A stretch of DNA of 64,000 nt from Balanoglossus misakiensis. Lineage: Eukaryota > Animalia > Hemichordata. The DNA is taken from assembly GCA_040954595.2 (NCBI GenBank), contig CM082585.2, forward strand, positions 9,598,564 through 9,662,563, in the 5' to 3' direction. The position numbers and the translations under genes are program-made. Of the stretch, positions 16,401 through 30,400 are shown piece after piece. Each line of letters starts with the position of its first letter. Positions within the stretch are counted from its first letter, which is position 1. The notes under the pieces are model-generated. The model saw only the letters and a program-made list of their open reading frames with translations, was not told the DNA's origin and did no database searches.

Positions 16401-19400
16401 GCCTCACAAGTGTACATCGCTTCGTCTTCCATCTTGGCATCGTTGACCGTGAGCTTCCATTCCTGTGCTTCGTACTTTCCGCGCTGTGCCGGGAAAGATA
16501 TGACCACGTCACCTTTGGCAATGACATCTGGTCCTTTGTACCACACCAAGGAGCCTGCATCGCCAAGCTTAAACGGGCATTCCAACGTGATGCTGTTCCC
16601 AGTCCACACCATCTCTGATTGTGTAGGAGCTGTAAATATAAGCAACAGCTGTTATAGATAAGCTAACAACAGAAATGCAGCACTTAGGGGCCAATATTTA
16701 TATACACCTTTAGCAGCCATTTTTCCATAAATACAAATATTCTGCTAACATTCAAAATAGTACATGCATACATGTATACTGCCGTATCAGGGTTCTATTA
16801 TAATTTTATGTACACACACACAAACACAGAATTTCACATGCTGCTTCAAGTGCATTTATACATTCTTACCCAAGCATTGTTCTAAACAGGCTTCCTCAGA
16901 TTGGAATCTGTTCTCGTTTCCTAGGCAACGGTAGGGCGAACATGTTGCTGTTTGATAGTCATACCAGTACTGGGCATCAGTGTTCTGACAACGGGTCCCT
17001 GTTTCCGCTGGTAACAGGCACTTCTCTGCAAAGAAAAGATGGATGGTTGCTGACATTAACTTAGTCAGGTTGATGTTCCCAACAGCAATTGCGTGTGCCC
17101 TTTTCATAAGAAGCTTCTCCACTACACCGAGTGTCAACGTTCGTTAATGCATGTCAAGTGACAGACCGTATTATGTCAAAATGTTCTGTATTTGATTAAA
17201 ACTGCAGAACTCCTTTCATGTTCATCTGAATAAAAAGTTCATGAGGTTGCGGTTCTGTCTATAGCCATTACCTTGCACAAACTGGAGAACAGTGCTCTTG
17301 CAGATACATGTTGGACAGTTATTGGCATCAATCATAGGACCATCTGAGTCACAACGATTGTCGCACTGTGGCTCTTTGCATCCTGAAATTTATGAAAGTG
17401 ATTTTTCAGCTTGTTTAAAGGTGATTTTGAAATTGGTGCCTCCAGAAAGGTTGGAAATCATCATCATCATCATCATTAATACTGCCAACATCATAATGCA
17501 AACTACCAACATAGCCCCTGAAGTTAAGTGTGATTTGAATTCTGTCCTTGTAGCTTACTTGGGTTTGGACAGCAGGCGGTCACACCAACACGATCACTTG
17601 ACCTCATACAGATATATCCGCCCGGACAGGACGAATCAGCATTACAGCGTTCTTGTTCACCCGTCTCAGCGTTCACTAACGGATTACCAACTCTGCAGAT
17701 GCTGGTCTCATCTGTGGACGAGGATGTCAAAAAAAGACACCAGTGTTATTCAATTTTGCAGATTCAAATGATCGCGACCAATGCTCCTGATTTTAGTGTA
17801 CAACTCTGTGTACAGAATTGGAAGATCAGTCCTCAAGACTCAACAACACTTTATCAGAAAATGTGTGTACAATGCACCTACTGTACCTTCACAAGTTACA
17901 CGGTTTCCATTGGCATCTAGGAACGTCACGTTACATCCGCCACAATTATCAGGGACACAGATCGCTTCGGGGTGACCACCACATGTGCTGTGCTCACACA
18001 TGTCTTCGGGACATCTGAAGATTTCTTGGGAGCAATTGGCAGCTGCAAGCACAGATAACTATTACTGTTACTGTCACATTGTCAAACAATACACAATGCA
18101 AATCAACATGAATGCAAAACTTGTTTGCTTTATGAATATTTCTCAGGTTATTAGCAGGAGGACGGCTATTAATTAACACAAGATAAAAAATAATATTCAA
18201 ACATACCATACACTATCAGGTTGAACTTCAGTGAAATAGGTATTGCACCACGGATATTACATGTATATTGACCCGGGTCATCATAGGTCACACGGTCTAT
18301 TCGAAGATTGGTTCCGTTGACCAGTGTATAATGAGCATACTGCCAGGTTGTCGAGCCACCAAATCCTGGAAATGGGTTTTCATAATACGGGCGGTCACTG
18401 CCCACCAGGAAGCGATCATTCTTTTGCCAGTGCACTAACTGTGTTTCGTCGTACAGGGATGGAGCGGAGCAATTCAGTGTGAGGGGGTAGCCCAGCGGGG
18501 CAGAGACATTCTTCATCAACTTTTCCCGGCACGTCTTTTGACACTGCAACTCCGAATCGAACAAACCGCTAACCTGCTGCTGGCAGACGTGGCGAGGCAG
18601 ACATTCCATTAAATATGGTTCAAAGAAAAACTTTTCGTAGAGAGGTGGGCGCCCGGCATCTGTTCTACAATCGTCATCGTCCTCAATAAAAGGCGTCCAT
18701 CCTAAGAAGCATTGATCTGAAACCAACGAATATCATATCATAATTATTACCTATGATGTGAACACACACTGTGAGAATGAAGACTTAGACGAAACAAAGT
18801 TCAGCGATCAAATAATCAAGGACAGCTGCAATCTGTTTCCTTACCGATGCATTCTGGGATTCCCTGGCACACGGACTGTGAAGCTTCGTGTCTGCAGTCA
18901 GCTTTTATAGGAACGCAGACACTATGAGATGGACACGCATATTCCTAAGACAGAAAAATAATAAGCAATGAATAATACGACTGACACAGGGAATTATCTC
19001 AATTATAAATGAATGTGGTTTTGTCAACTCTTTGTGCACTATCGGCTGCATCATGCAATTTCCTGTTTAGTTCTGCAGAGAAGCATTTGTGAAGTAACGA
19101 AATGACTATACCTTGCATGGTTCATAGCATTCACACTGTGTACATCCGTTAGAATCTACGGCAAAGCCAAACTCACACTGCTCGTCACAATCAATAGTGG
19201 GACAGTTATCACTAATATCTGAAGAAAAAACAACGAAGCAGCCAATATGAAGTGACACAATTAAATAATGCATATCCTAAGCTTCATGGACAGTTTCTTT
19301 AACACTTTTTATGTCCATTGCAAAGTACTGCAGACATATAAGTACGTGACAGATGGTAAAATGTAGTGAATACCCAAAAAGAGCAAATAGTGTGAGGGGA

Positions 19401-22400
19401 CTGGTTGGTTTGATGCATCCATACAAGGATTGCTGTCTGGATGGTGTGCCCAAGTGATGAACTATACGTACCTGGGCAAAACGGATGGTTTCCGGAATGC
19501 GTTGAAGTTCCAGGGATTTCCACGCCCGCATGATTGACACACCAGCATTCCTGACCAGACGTCTGACACTGGATAGTTTCAAATTCACCATCTTCTGTAC
19601 ACTGTGGCACAAATACATTTAAGGGCGTCCAATAACCATACTGCCAAGGGTTGGCCAGAACTGCCCTGGCTGCGGCTCTCGCTCTCTGACATAAAGATGA
19701 TTCTGCACAGAGTAGAAAGAATAAATTTCAATATTTCCAGTACCATAAATACATTTTATTAATAGGTGAATGAAAAAATGTGGTCGAGCTAGGTTAAGCT
19801 AATGCCAAGTCATACTGAAATTGAATTGTAACAGAAAAATAAGATGTATGAAACAATGAACAGGTTGAATACAAACCTGATAGATCAGGGTCCATGCATT
19901 CTCGTGCCATGCAAGCATTGGGACAACATTTCTTCAAACCAGGGCAGTCAAGGTCATTCTGACAATTGTCAGAAGAGCAATCAACGGGACTTCCTGGAGA
20001 AGGACATGAACCATCCTTGGATCCTGTAAAAATAAAAATGAATCATTTAGAATCAAAGTACGTTCCACATCCAACAATTTCAATACATTTTTACCATGAC
20101 TCTCAGAATATCACAGACAGTGACAACAGTGTCACCAGCGCTATTTTTACATGTTGCTACAGGTTGCTAAGCATGAGCACAGTTGTGATCCTTACTTGCA
20201 ACGTTAGCACATGTGGGTCCTTCCCATCCTGAAGCACAAGTGCAAAGGTAGTCTTGATATCCTATATCATGACAGAAACCACCATTCTGACAGGGTTGGT
20301 TATCGCATGCGTTGGTGGCTGCAACATAAAACAACAATAGAATAACAACATCTGTTCATGTGATTTCAACTTTAATACAGCAAATTCCTCATAATCTCAA
20401 GGCAATTTAAGATTGTTTTCTCATAAAATTGTGATTAAAATTGGAGATTTTAAAATTTTGAATGAAGAGTAAAATTGTCTCAATTTTGAAATTCAAAATG
20501 GCCACCAATCTCAGTGTTAACTATACTTTAAATTAGTGATTTTTATAAAAACGAAATGGTGCCACTAGATTTGAAGTTACCTTCTCCACAGTTGGGTCCA
20601 GTGTATCCATCAGAACAAACACATACGTAATCATCATCAGTGTCAGGGTCCTTGTTGTCATCATCATCATCATCATGACCATCATCATCATCAGGAGGAG
20701 TAACAGCGTGACATGTACCACCATTCAGACAGGGGTGCTCCCTGCATGGTCCAGTGACATCGATTGCTGAAAAAAAAAAATCGACAAACTGACTCAAACG
20801 TTCCGAAAAATCAAGTTTGTCGAAAGCCCGGCCAATAGTTGCCAGTTTTGTCATGATTTTACTTGCAAACTCAGAATGGTCCATTGAAGTGAGTTAACTG
20901 GTGGGCATGCATACACAAAACATACAGAAGAATTATTATGGGTCTTACATATTTCGCAGATACGTCCGATATAATTTTCAGGGCAGATACAGCGTCCAAG
21001 ATAGCATGTGCCTCCATTGAGACAAGGGTTACTGACACACAACGGGTCATTCACTGAAAAATGAAAAGAGTTACATTGAAACCTATAGATGTCCATAGAA
21101 ATTCTATAAACTTCTACAGGCATTCAATAGGCTATAGAATTCTTTTGATGTCTATTGAAAGCTTTTGTAGGGAAAATACTTTTTGAGTCTTTTGAAAGCC
21201 TAGCGACTTCACAAAATATTTAAAAGGTGTCTTACGTGTTACATCCAACACTGGCAAATTCACCAAATATTTTTAGTGTAAATTTTATCTGATTAACATT
21301 TACAAAATGTAATGTTTTCTTTCCCTGCTTAACATCTCACCTTCACTTTCACACAGTGCTCCGGTGAAAGAGAGCGTACACTGACAGTAAAAGTCATCAG
21401 ACATGTGGGCGTGCACTGGTACACAGCTGCCACCGTTTTGACAGGGGTTGGAGGTACAGGAATCTGAAGAGAACAAAAAAACAAATTTTTAAAGTGATGT
21501 TGACATTGGCAAGTCCTCAATGCATTGTATGTATCGCATAAGCAGCTTCGACAAAATTGTTTGGCACAACTATTTTCCAACGTATTTTCCCAGAACACGC
21601 TACTTATATTCTGGAGTACTAGGCGTATTGTTTTCAGAAGCTGTAAATGTTTGGGATTAATCTCACCTGTCACTTCACAGTGTAACCCAGAATATCCCAT
21701 CGGACATCGACACCTAGCAACGGTTTCACCACTGCCTGTCACACCGCTGTAACACTGACCGCCATTGCAGTTGTAGTTCTCACACACATCTTGAAGAAAC
21801 AAAACAGATTTTAATAAACTTGCATGTCCGAAGTCAGTTGCTAAAATACAAATTTGGCACTGTACTTACTTGGGATATAAGGTGACTGACATGTTGTCCC
21901 CGTGTAATCTGCTGGACACAGACACAGGAATGAACCTGTGTTCAGATCAAGACACGTTCCTCCATTTAGACATGGATTACTCGTGCATATATCTAATACG
22001 AAAAAAGAGAAACACGTAAAACAAATCATGTTCGGAATATGAAAATGTAGCTCTTTAGTATTTCAACAACTACATACTTATAAAAAGACATGGAAACTAC
22101 ATGATAGTATTCAAGACCCATCACTATGACCAAATTCGCAAAAGATTGAATGACTGTGACATACCCTGCACAGGGATTTCACAATACATCCCTCTGTAGC
22201 CAGATGCACAGTAGCATAACCCATCTTCCTCTACACACCGTCCGCCATTCTGGCAAGGATTGGAACTGCAAAATTCTGCCTCCTCTCCGGAATCTGGGAT
22301 TGGATAGATAATATACCTTAGTTCGCACCTCAGGGCAGATATTCAGAAAAATGAAAGTCCTCCAAATCTTCCAATTCTTTGCTTTTTTAAAGTATGTGAA

Positions 22401-22808
22401 GAGTTGTTCATTACCTGTCTGCTCACAATGATCACCAGAAAAATCGGGAGTACAAAAACACATATACGTGACGTCAATGTTCAAACATATTCCCCCGTTT
22501 TGGCATGGATTTGGAGAACAGTGATCGGCCGCTGTGAACAAATCAGAAGATATAGTGTATGACCGGTATTCATTATGTCAACCAGTACTTAAAGGGACAT
22601 TAGCTGTAAATTTTGACGTTATTTCAAGTTTTTTTTATTGCGATATTAAAAAAGCATATCCAAGATTATTTAAAGCTTATAATTTTTATCCATAGGGCTT
22701 TTTGAAACTGTGATGTGACTCACATCCTGGAGGACCTGGGTTAAATTGTGCCAGGGCCGTTCCCACTGCTACAGTTAAGATCAGCAGCTGCTGAAACGTT
22801 GACATCAT
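13448..22808 (-). CDS. Mosaic type-I membrane glycoprotein: signal peptide, 8 EGF, WAP, thyroglobulin type-1, antistasin-like, Cys module, divergent Kunitz + Ig, Cys repeat, lustrin/WR1-like, antistasin-like, Kunitz, Ig, WAP, Cys repeat, thyroglobulin-1, SEA-like, TM, cytoplasmic FSNPVY
   Basis: Start [20 protein letters not shown] (ATG at 22808). EGF exons ([10 protein letters not shown] and similar). TY motifs [10 protein letters not shown] and SFCWCVD. WAP motifs CPGLKKCC and CSGSRKCC. Kunitz motif [16 protein letters not shown]. Ig motifs DPGQYTC and [34 protein letters not shown] followed by YKRKKR. Last exon [19 protein letters not shown]. Confidence 0.9.
15860..15960. mobile_element. 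101-bp MITE-like insertion with a 10-bp flanking direct repeat
   Basis: GCCATACCTT occurs at 15850-15859 and 15961-15970. Imperfect TIRs (TAGGAC...ACCCCCTG.ACA and its reverse complement) and an internal CCCTAACC-like tract. Confidence 0.65.
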
Positions 22809-24072
22809 GGCCAGCTGGGATCGAGTCAGTTGATTTCACAGAACCATTCAAGTGAAGGAAATCACACCTGATGAAATGAAACAGATATAGTGAGTGTACC
22901 GGTACAATAGGACTATACTCTGGGATAAAATGTCATACGCAGACTACTGCATTGTTCTATGGATTAGTCATGTGATAGCGGTACGAATTAATGTGTGTCA
23001 TTCTGTCCTCATGGCTATTGAAGACACACCATCCCTTCAAAGTGTTCATGACCTCAAAATGACCTTGAAATTGAATTTGGCCTGACTCAATTCCTATATT
23101 TGCTGATTAAAAAAGAGAGTGCAGTAAAGTCCTTTTTAACAGAAATAGAATGAACCATCCATTTGATCAATTGGTTCCTGGTGCATCATACTAACTATGG
23201 GACCATATTTGCAGAAAATACTGCATATGTGTTAATATGTACAAAGCATCTAAATTTGAGTGTGTAATCAGGTTGAGTACGCTACACACAGGACAATACT
23301 TCTGTAGCAAACAGATGCGGGTAGACATATTTGACAATTATAAACATCAATGCCATTGTGACAACTGTATAATGGTGTGAATGTGTAAAATGCTTGTATA
23401 AACCTTTTCTGAATGAAATCAATGATTATTATAATGGCAGTTTGTTTCTGTTTGATGAAACCATGAGAAAGTGTGACGCATGATTATTACTGTCCTGATG
23501 ATTCAAGTGATGTCCTGTGATATGTCCTGTGTATCCATGGACTTGCGTGCTCAAAAAAAGTGTGTGTGTGCGTAATTCAGGAGGTATTGTCAGGCAGTAT
23601 GGTGATCGTTGGAACATTTTGAGAATTCGTCATGCTTGAATGATATCGAACAGCGCTCAAAATTTCAAGCAAACAATTTCAAATGACATCAGAAGTGAGG
23701 TGTGCAGCAACTGCACTGAGTACGTTACATAATCACATATTGACTAGCAGTATAATTACTACAACTAACTAGAAATAATCCTAAACAGCAATACAATAGC
23801 ATGTTAAATTAACACTTTCAATAAGGAGCTTGTGGTATGCCAGTATGCGACTGAAATACATGTACGTAAAATACACGGTTATAGCCAGCAAGGTTAATAA
23901 TACTGCGTGTGACTCGACTTGCATTACGCAAAAGGTGTGATTCGCCACTCCCCTGTGTAAGGAATGCTGAAATTTAAAAAAAGTGAATGTGGCAGGTTGA
24001 ATGTGCTGGATAGTAACGTCTATCTTGGGGGAGAAAACGACATAATCAAGAGAAGGATTAGGATATACTCAC

Positions 24073-24340
24073 AGGGCTATGTGTGGTTCCAGACTGAAAG
24101 CGGATTGTGTTGTTGCTCTGAGCACTTTCACAAGCGCGACAGGCTGATTTGCATATGAATGGATCCAGGATTCATCATCACAACAATAGGGAACTGGTAC
24201 GTTGAGATCCGACGGGCCAAACAGGTCACATCATCCAACATGGCTGCACCAGTGTGTAGCAGTCGGCTATTGTGCTCCCTCCGTCAGTCCAACCTTGCGC
24301 TAAGCCTTGTAGATTGGATGTCACACGCTATTGTATATTA
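24073..24340 (-). other. Probable non-coding first (5'UTR) exon of the mosaic membrane-protein gene
   Basis: CT|GTGAGT donor ending at 24073 and a CpG-richer segment. The matching acceptor TTTCATCAG near 22868 precedes the signal-peptide ATG. The 5' boundary is approximate. Confidence 0.5.
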
Positions 24341-24945
24341 GTTTATTACCTAAGCATTGACGTCGTTAATTTCTTCAAAACTCATGAATTACACAAGAAA
24401 TCTGATACTTTGCAACCCTGACCAGCACACATTCTTATATATTTTTGTACTACTTGCATATAGAGTCAGAAATTAACATTATTTATATCAGTCAAATGTC
24501 ATAGTTATGTTATCCTATGGTAGCCGATGGCTTGTAACTTGGGGTATATGTGTCCTCATTTTGTCTAAGACAGGCAGTAGCTTCATTTCTTCAGGCACAA
24601 TGTACATAAATCATAATCTAGCATTTCTATTTAAGATTTCCAAGCAATCATTTCAACGCTAAAGCCTGATTGGAGAGGTCACAGGATAAAACCACGGTGT
24701 GGAGTGACCGTGATGAAACAAAGGTCAAAGACCAAGACCACTTTCCCTTTTACAAGTAGCCGTACAGAAATAAATTACCGAAGGACTAACACACCTTTAC
24801 AAAATTTTCAAGGACCCATGAAATAAATCACTTGAGGGCGTGGGTGCACTGTGTCTAGTACATAAACCTTTGAGCCCAGTCCTGAGATGACAAAAAGGAG
24901 CCCTCACATGTCAGTCTCTGGAGAAAGAAAGATTCTGTAAAACTG

Positions 24946-25020
24946 ATAGATACATACATATATACATACATACATACATGTATATACATATGTACACACA
25001 TATGCACACACAATTACACA
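24946..25020. repeat. TACA/TA/CA compound microsatellite
   Basis: tacatacatatatacatacatacatacatgtatatacatatgtacacaca... Confidence 0.85.
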
Positions 25021-26040
25021 AACAGCTTCAATTTGCATAATATACACATGTGCCGTATATATGCACACTGAAGTTAAAAATACACACTGCATGCATGAGT
25101 GACTGCATCTACAATTAGACTTTTATTTTACATGTTAAAATGTATTCTGCCACTTCTGAAAATGAACTTAAAATAAATAACTGTTGTAACATCTGCTGAT
25201 GAAACAATTTCCTGAGTGTAAACAACTATCTCTCTAGTTGACACCTCTCAAATATAGCAACTTGAGGTGCTTTTTTCTACCTCTAATATGACTTTCTCTA
25301 CAGAGGTTAATATATAAAGGGCACCTTATCTCATGAGAAATTCCATTTGAAAGACCAAATGATACCAAAACTATAACTTCAGCCACATACTAGTAATATT
25401 GTAAAATACCGAAATGAAAATAGCTCACTACAAAATATGTTGCATTGTTATACACTAGTATATTTCTTATGTTTTTGTTTCATATGCTTTTAAAACAAAC
25501 TGTAATGCATTGGTTAGTTTTTTTTATACAATAAAAAGGGTTGGGCAGCTATGTCAGCACTGGCCCGTGTTTATCTGCCATTGGTGGCACTTATAGTCAT
25601 ATATTTGGCAGACATGTCCAGGAAAATTCACTCAAAAAATCTCCAAGCTTTGTTGCCTTCTTGGTAACCAAGACAACACTGTAATAGCTTGGCGCACCAT
25701 GGATAGGAAGGCTTTGTGTGATATTTTTCACTATTGCAAGATTTATCTGCATGAACAATATACACAGGTCGACTATATTTAAATTCATTATCTGTGAAGT
25801 ACACCTGCCACCTGTTTTTGCCAAGGGAACCAAAATTTGGCACAAAAAATGCATTTTTACAAACATGATCAGGTCAAACTTTCCAGCACGAAATTTCTCG
25901 CATTAGTGATCGCTCTAGTTTTTCACTGACTGTCACACACATTTTTTTATTTATATCTCAAGACATTCACTGCAATTTACATTTCAACGACACACCTCAT
26001 CTGTCTTCCGGCGGAAGTCAAAGGTCAAGGTTCAAAGGTC

Positions 26041-29000
26041 TCACATCATGGGTAGTTCGAACTTCACTTCCACAGCTGCTTCCTTGGCCAGGTTCACAAT
26101 GGTGGAGACTCGGACAGCCTGCAAAGAAACAGTTTCAATGTCACTGATAATATAATAAAGTCAAACCTGTGTTAGTGGCCACCTCTATATAGTGGCCACT
26201 TTGTGACAGTCCCTGTGCAATTAATTAATTAACCTCGATATACTAGTAAATGCCTTTCCCTTACCATTTTAGCTGCTTCTCCTAAATCTTCACAGGCTAA
26301 TATTTTGAGCTGACTTGCAGCCATAAGGGCCTTGGCATCATCAACCTGGGTACCTGTAATCACACACAGAAATACAATTGAACATCCCTCCTCCACCATG
26401 GTAATTTGGTTTAACCCTATTGGTCACAGTGGTGTGGTTCGACCCATATATCAGAAATGGGGATGAGAAGAGTCATAGTTGTATATTTGATGTCAAAATT
26501 CCGTTTTCTGTTTGAAAATGACATTGATAAAAAAGCCCCGAAATATTGTGTTTATCTATGTATGGTATAGAGTTTTGTGGCCATTTCTTACCTTGTAACC
26601 TGACAATAATTGGCACTTTCAGATCGAGTTCTTGTGCAGCTGCTATGATACCTTTTGCAATGACGTCACAACGCATGATACCGCCAAATATGTTGACAAG
26701 TATGGCTGCCACCTGTTGGCAAAAGACAGTGAAAAGAGGGTAAAAATGTAACACACAGAGTGCAGTGTTCTAAGGAAAATGTACGCTGGAGAAGTCATAT
26801 GATAGCACTGAAAAAAGCATACCGAGGTATGTGTACATGTAATTCTCTGGCATTGATTGTACCATGGTGTATGTGAAAACCAGATGTCAATAATTATGAT
26901 TAATTACCTTGGGATCAGATGAAATCAGTTCGAAAGCTTGTTTGACTTGCTCAGCTGTAGCACCACCACCCACATCAAGGAAATTGGCAGGTTCTCCTCC
27001 GTGTAACTTGATAATATCCATGGTGGCCATGGCCAATCCAGCACCGTTTACTGATGAAAGAAAAAGAAAAATTATCGAGCATATGTACAATATTCCATAG
27101 ACTGGTTCTAATCTGTTAAATGTGTGCCAGGTAATCAAGGGACTCAGGATTGCATGGAGAACTGAACCTCTGAGTAAATAAAAAAACAACACATTTACCT
27201 AAACATCCAATGTCACCATCCAAACCAATGTAATTCAGATTGGACTGTGCTGCCTGAACTTCTCTGGCGTCTTCCTGCGACCAGTCCCTCAGACTGTGGA
27301 CGTCTTTTTGCCTGTACGCTGCGTTGTCATCAAAATTTAACTTGGCATCCATGCAGTAAACTGTCAATGAAATCACGAAATTCTACATTGGTTTATTTCA
27401 TTTTTTCATAGAGAGAATGACCAATCACAGACAATTTTAGACTACTGATGTAGACATGGTACTTAGAAAAGTTAAGTTAGCTACCTATTCCTTTGTTGTC
27501 CTCTGCCATTGGGTTGATTTCCAGCATGATGGCATCTCGATTGATAAACACATCATATAACTTCATGAAAGAATCTGCAGCCTGTGGTAGAAATGAGACA
27601 TGAAATCTTCTGTGATGATCAGAAGAATACGTCCAGTTGAAGGACTGCATGAAGACAACAGTGACTTCTTGGGTGCACCTTGAGATTTACATAACACAGA
27701 TGTTGGTTGGCATCTTACTAATTCTTACAAAAGTAAATATTTTACAAAATATGACAAAGGCAAATAACTCACTGATTCAACACTATTTCCTGCAAAGCCA
27801 ACCTGCTTGGCAATATTGACAGCATCTTCTCTCTTCAATCCTATAAACATGAAGTGTAGTGTAGAAAAGTATAGTATAGCAGTATAGTATAGTAAAAATA
27901 CAGAATAGTATAGTATAATTATACATGGGCGTTGAGGCCAATTGGTTGATACTGTCATACCTTCCATGATGTCAATGGGATGAGTAACTATGGCTTCTGG
28001 GTGATCTCTTGCAACTTCTTCAATGTTTACGCCGCCTTGTGAGCTTGCAATGATAATCGGTCCCTGTGAATGAACAGATATGACAGGGAGTGTAGAAGCA
28101 GCTAAAAGTATGACACTGTAAGTTGTAAATTTATTATGTACCAGAGCTAAATTCCCTACGAAAAGAATTGTTGACCAATTTTTGTTGATTAAAGAAGAGT
28201 GTCACTTAGGTACTTACATTTGTTGTTCGGTCCATAGTTATTGCAAAGTAAATTTCTCTCCTCGGATAAAGTCTCTCACAAATGTACACCTGGTGATGAC
28301 AAGGGCAAAGAAAAAGACAGAGCAAAAAAATTGGTATTTGGTGGCAAAATTATTAGTGACCACTTCTCTATTTTCCCAACTTTAGATCAGCCCACACCAT
28401 TGAAGTCAAATCCAGCATCACCAACTGAAATTTGAGGTACTGGTATATCTTCTACAACTATTACTACTACCACCATTACATGTGTTGTATGAAACCAAAT
28501 GATGACCCCATACCTCATTGCAAATTCTGCCAGCTTCCCCAGTTTGCTTTGTGATCAGTTTATTGCCAATCATTTTGGCAGCATAGTCCTGAGCTTCTTC
28601 AGGTCTAAGAAAAGAAAATATTACAGCACAACATCAAACAATGCATTTATCTCTGACGATGGGAATTCAGTGATAGGAACAAAGTGTGTGCATTGTTAAA
28701 CTTACGAGTACGCGATCTTCACCCCTCCCTTCAACCCACTTTGGAAAGTTCCCTTGCCACGACCTCCTGCCAACACTTGGGCTTTGATGACCACGTCCTC
28801 AGTGCCTTCACTGGCTGCAATGAAAATATCACACCCACATATCAGACAGTTAGTAAGCAAATAGCTGCTGTTGTCCTGTTGTCGAATGATTAGGAATTAA
28901 TTTCGACAAACATACACATAAACCTAAAACCATGAAAACCTACCAAGCTGTTGGCTAATTTGCATTGCTTTTGTGACAGAATTGGCCGCATAACCTCTGG

Positions 29001-30105
29001 GTACGGAAACTCCAGCTTCCTCCAGTATCTTCATACTGTGATGTTCATGAATTGACAAATGACGTCTTTGTTCATTCTTTCTACAGACTGCTTGACATAC
29101 TGGAAGAACCTGGTCAAAGGAGGACAAAAGTGAGTCAAATTTTTAGTGGGTTGAGTGACTAAACCTGCGAGTCCACTGATGTTTGAGAGTCCATTCTGGC
29201 TCAAATCTGTGTGAGCTTTCAGTCAATTTTCATGTATTTTTATTGTTTATACGTGAAACTGCTTGAGAGAGTCATATTAATATTACAGTATACATGCTTT
29301 GTGATTTGGCTCTTTTATTTTATAACTTGAACCAAAGTCTTCATATGTAATTTAACTTTCTATTTCTCATCTAAGCAAACATCCATTTTATTCATTTCTT
29401 ACATTAGTGTGTTTACACACTCTGTATTTTTCCTGTCAGACACAGACTAAGTCTGTAATGAATATTTCACACAGGCACATTAGTATTTGGGTAAAAAAAA
29501 ATAGCAAAACTTTAAGCACCAGACTGATGTGGTCCCATTAGACAATCTTTGACCAATCAGAATGGTCTGAGTCTAAATTAATTAGCATAACAGTGATGAT
29601 TGGTCAACTGCCACCATGACAGTTATATTTAGATGAGCTACAGAAACAATGATCAGCGTTATTATCACCTTGCTGTTGCCAAGGCGATGCAAGAAGCTGT
29701 CAGAATATAGACAAAAGAAGTAATTAACTTCGAACCGATGGGAAACGCAATGTTCTACGTGAAATGCTACGGGCAAAGATCAACTAAGGATGGCGATCGT
29801 GATGATCATGATAGCGGTAGTGGTGGAGATGATGGTTGTGACTGCGATCGCTTTTATACCCGTTTATTTGTCCCCCTTTGCGAGATCTGTAGAGTGGATC
29901 ACGACTGTTGTGGTGGACACGCCTTCTTTGACTGTGACGTACATGAAATCGTCACAGCAAAACCATCTCAACTGTATACTAATCGAATCTATAAGTCATA
30001 TCCGTCTTTTCTGATGTGACAAACAGTAAGATCGCCACTTACTCGTTTACTCTGCCTGGCAGCGAAAGTGCCCGCAATGCCAACACAACGAACCACGGCC
30101 GCCAT
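26041..30105 (-). CDS. SUCLA2: Succinate-CoA ligase [ADP-forming] beta subunit, mitochondrial, about 13 exons
   Basis: Transit-like N-terminus. [91 protein letters not shown]. The C-terminal [10 protein letters not shown] is SUCLA2-type. Confidence 0.95.
26159..26215 (+). mobile_element. Second remnant of the Tc1/pogo-like MITE TIR, in the last SUCLA2 intron
   Basis: AGTCAAACCTGTGTTAGTGGCCACC is identical to the reverse complement of 10086-10110. Confidence 0.6.
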
Positions 30106-30400
30106 GTTCCCCGATTGTTGCGATATTGTGCGCCCTCTACGAACAATCAGGGACATGAATAGAATCGTCGGCCACTTTGATTTTGGGACAACATTTCCAC
30201 ATCACAAATCAGTCGTCGTCCTAAAAGTTCATATGATATAAAACCTATCCGTGTATGAGGATATGAAATCATATATTGGGTGCTGGATGCAGCTACCAGA
30301 TAGGCGCTGTCGCGTCGCGTCCCCGATACCCCGGCAATGACCTTTGACCTTTGACAGTAGTGTTCCATAGGTCGTTATGACAGTTTAACGTTTCAGAGTC
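30106..30400. promoter_or_regulatory. Putative bidirectional promoter between SUCLA2 and PPP2R3
   Basis: CpG-rich. TGACCTTTGACCTTTGAC at 30338-30355. A + strand 5'UTR exon donor AAG|GTAAGT lies at 30481, with its acceptor at 31082. Confidence 0.55.

Noticed and set aside
29738-30019. Overlapping + strand ORFs in SUCLA2 intron 1 (hydrophobic or Asp/Gly/Cys-rich)
   Set aside because: They derive from low-complexity GAT/GGT-rich sequence, with no splice or homology support.
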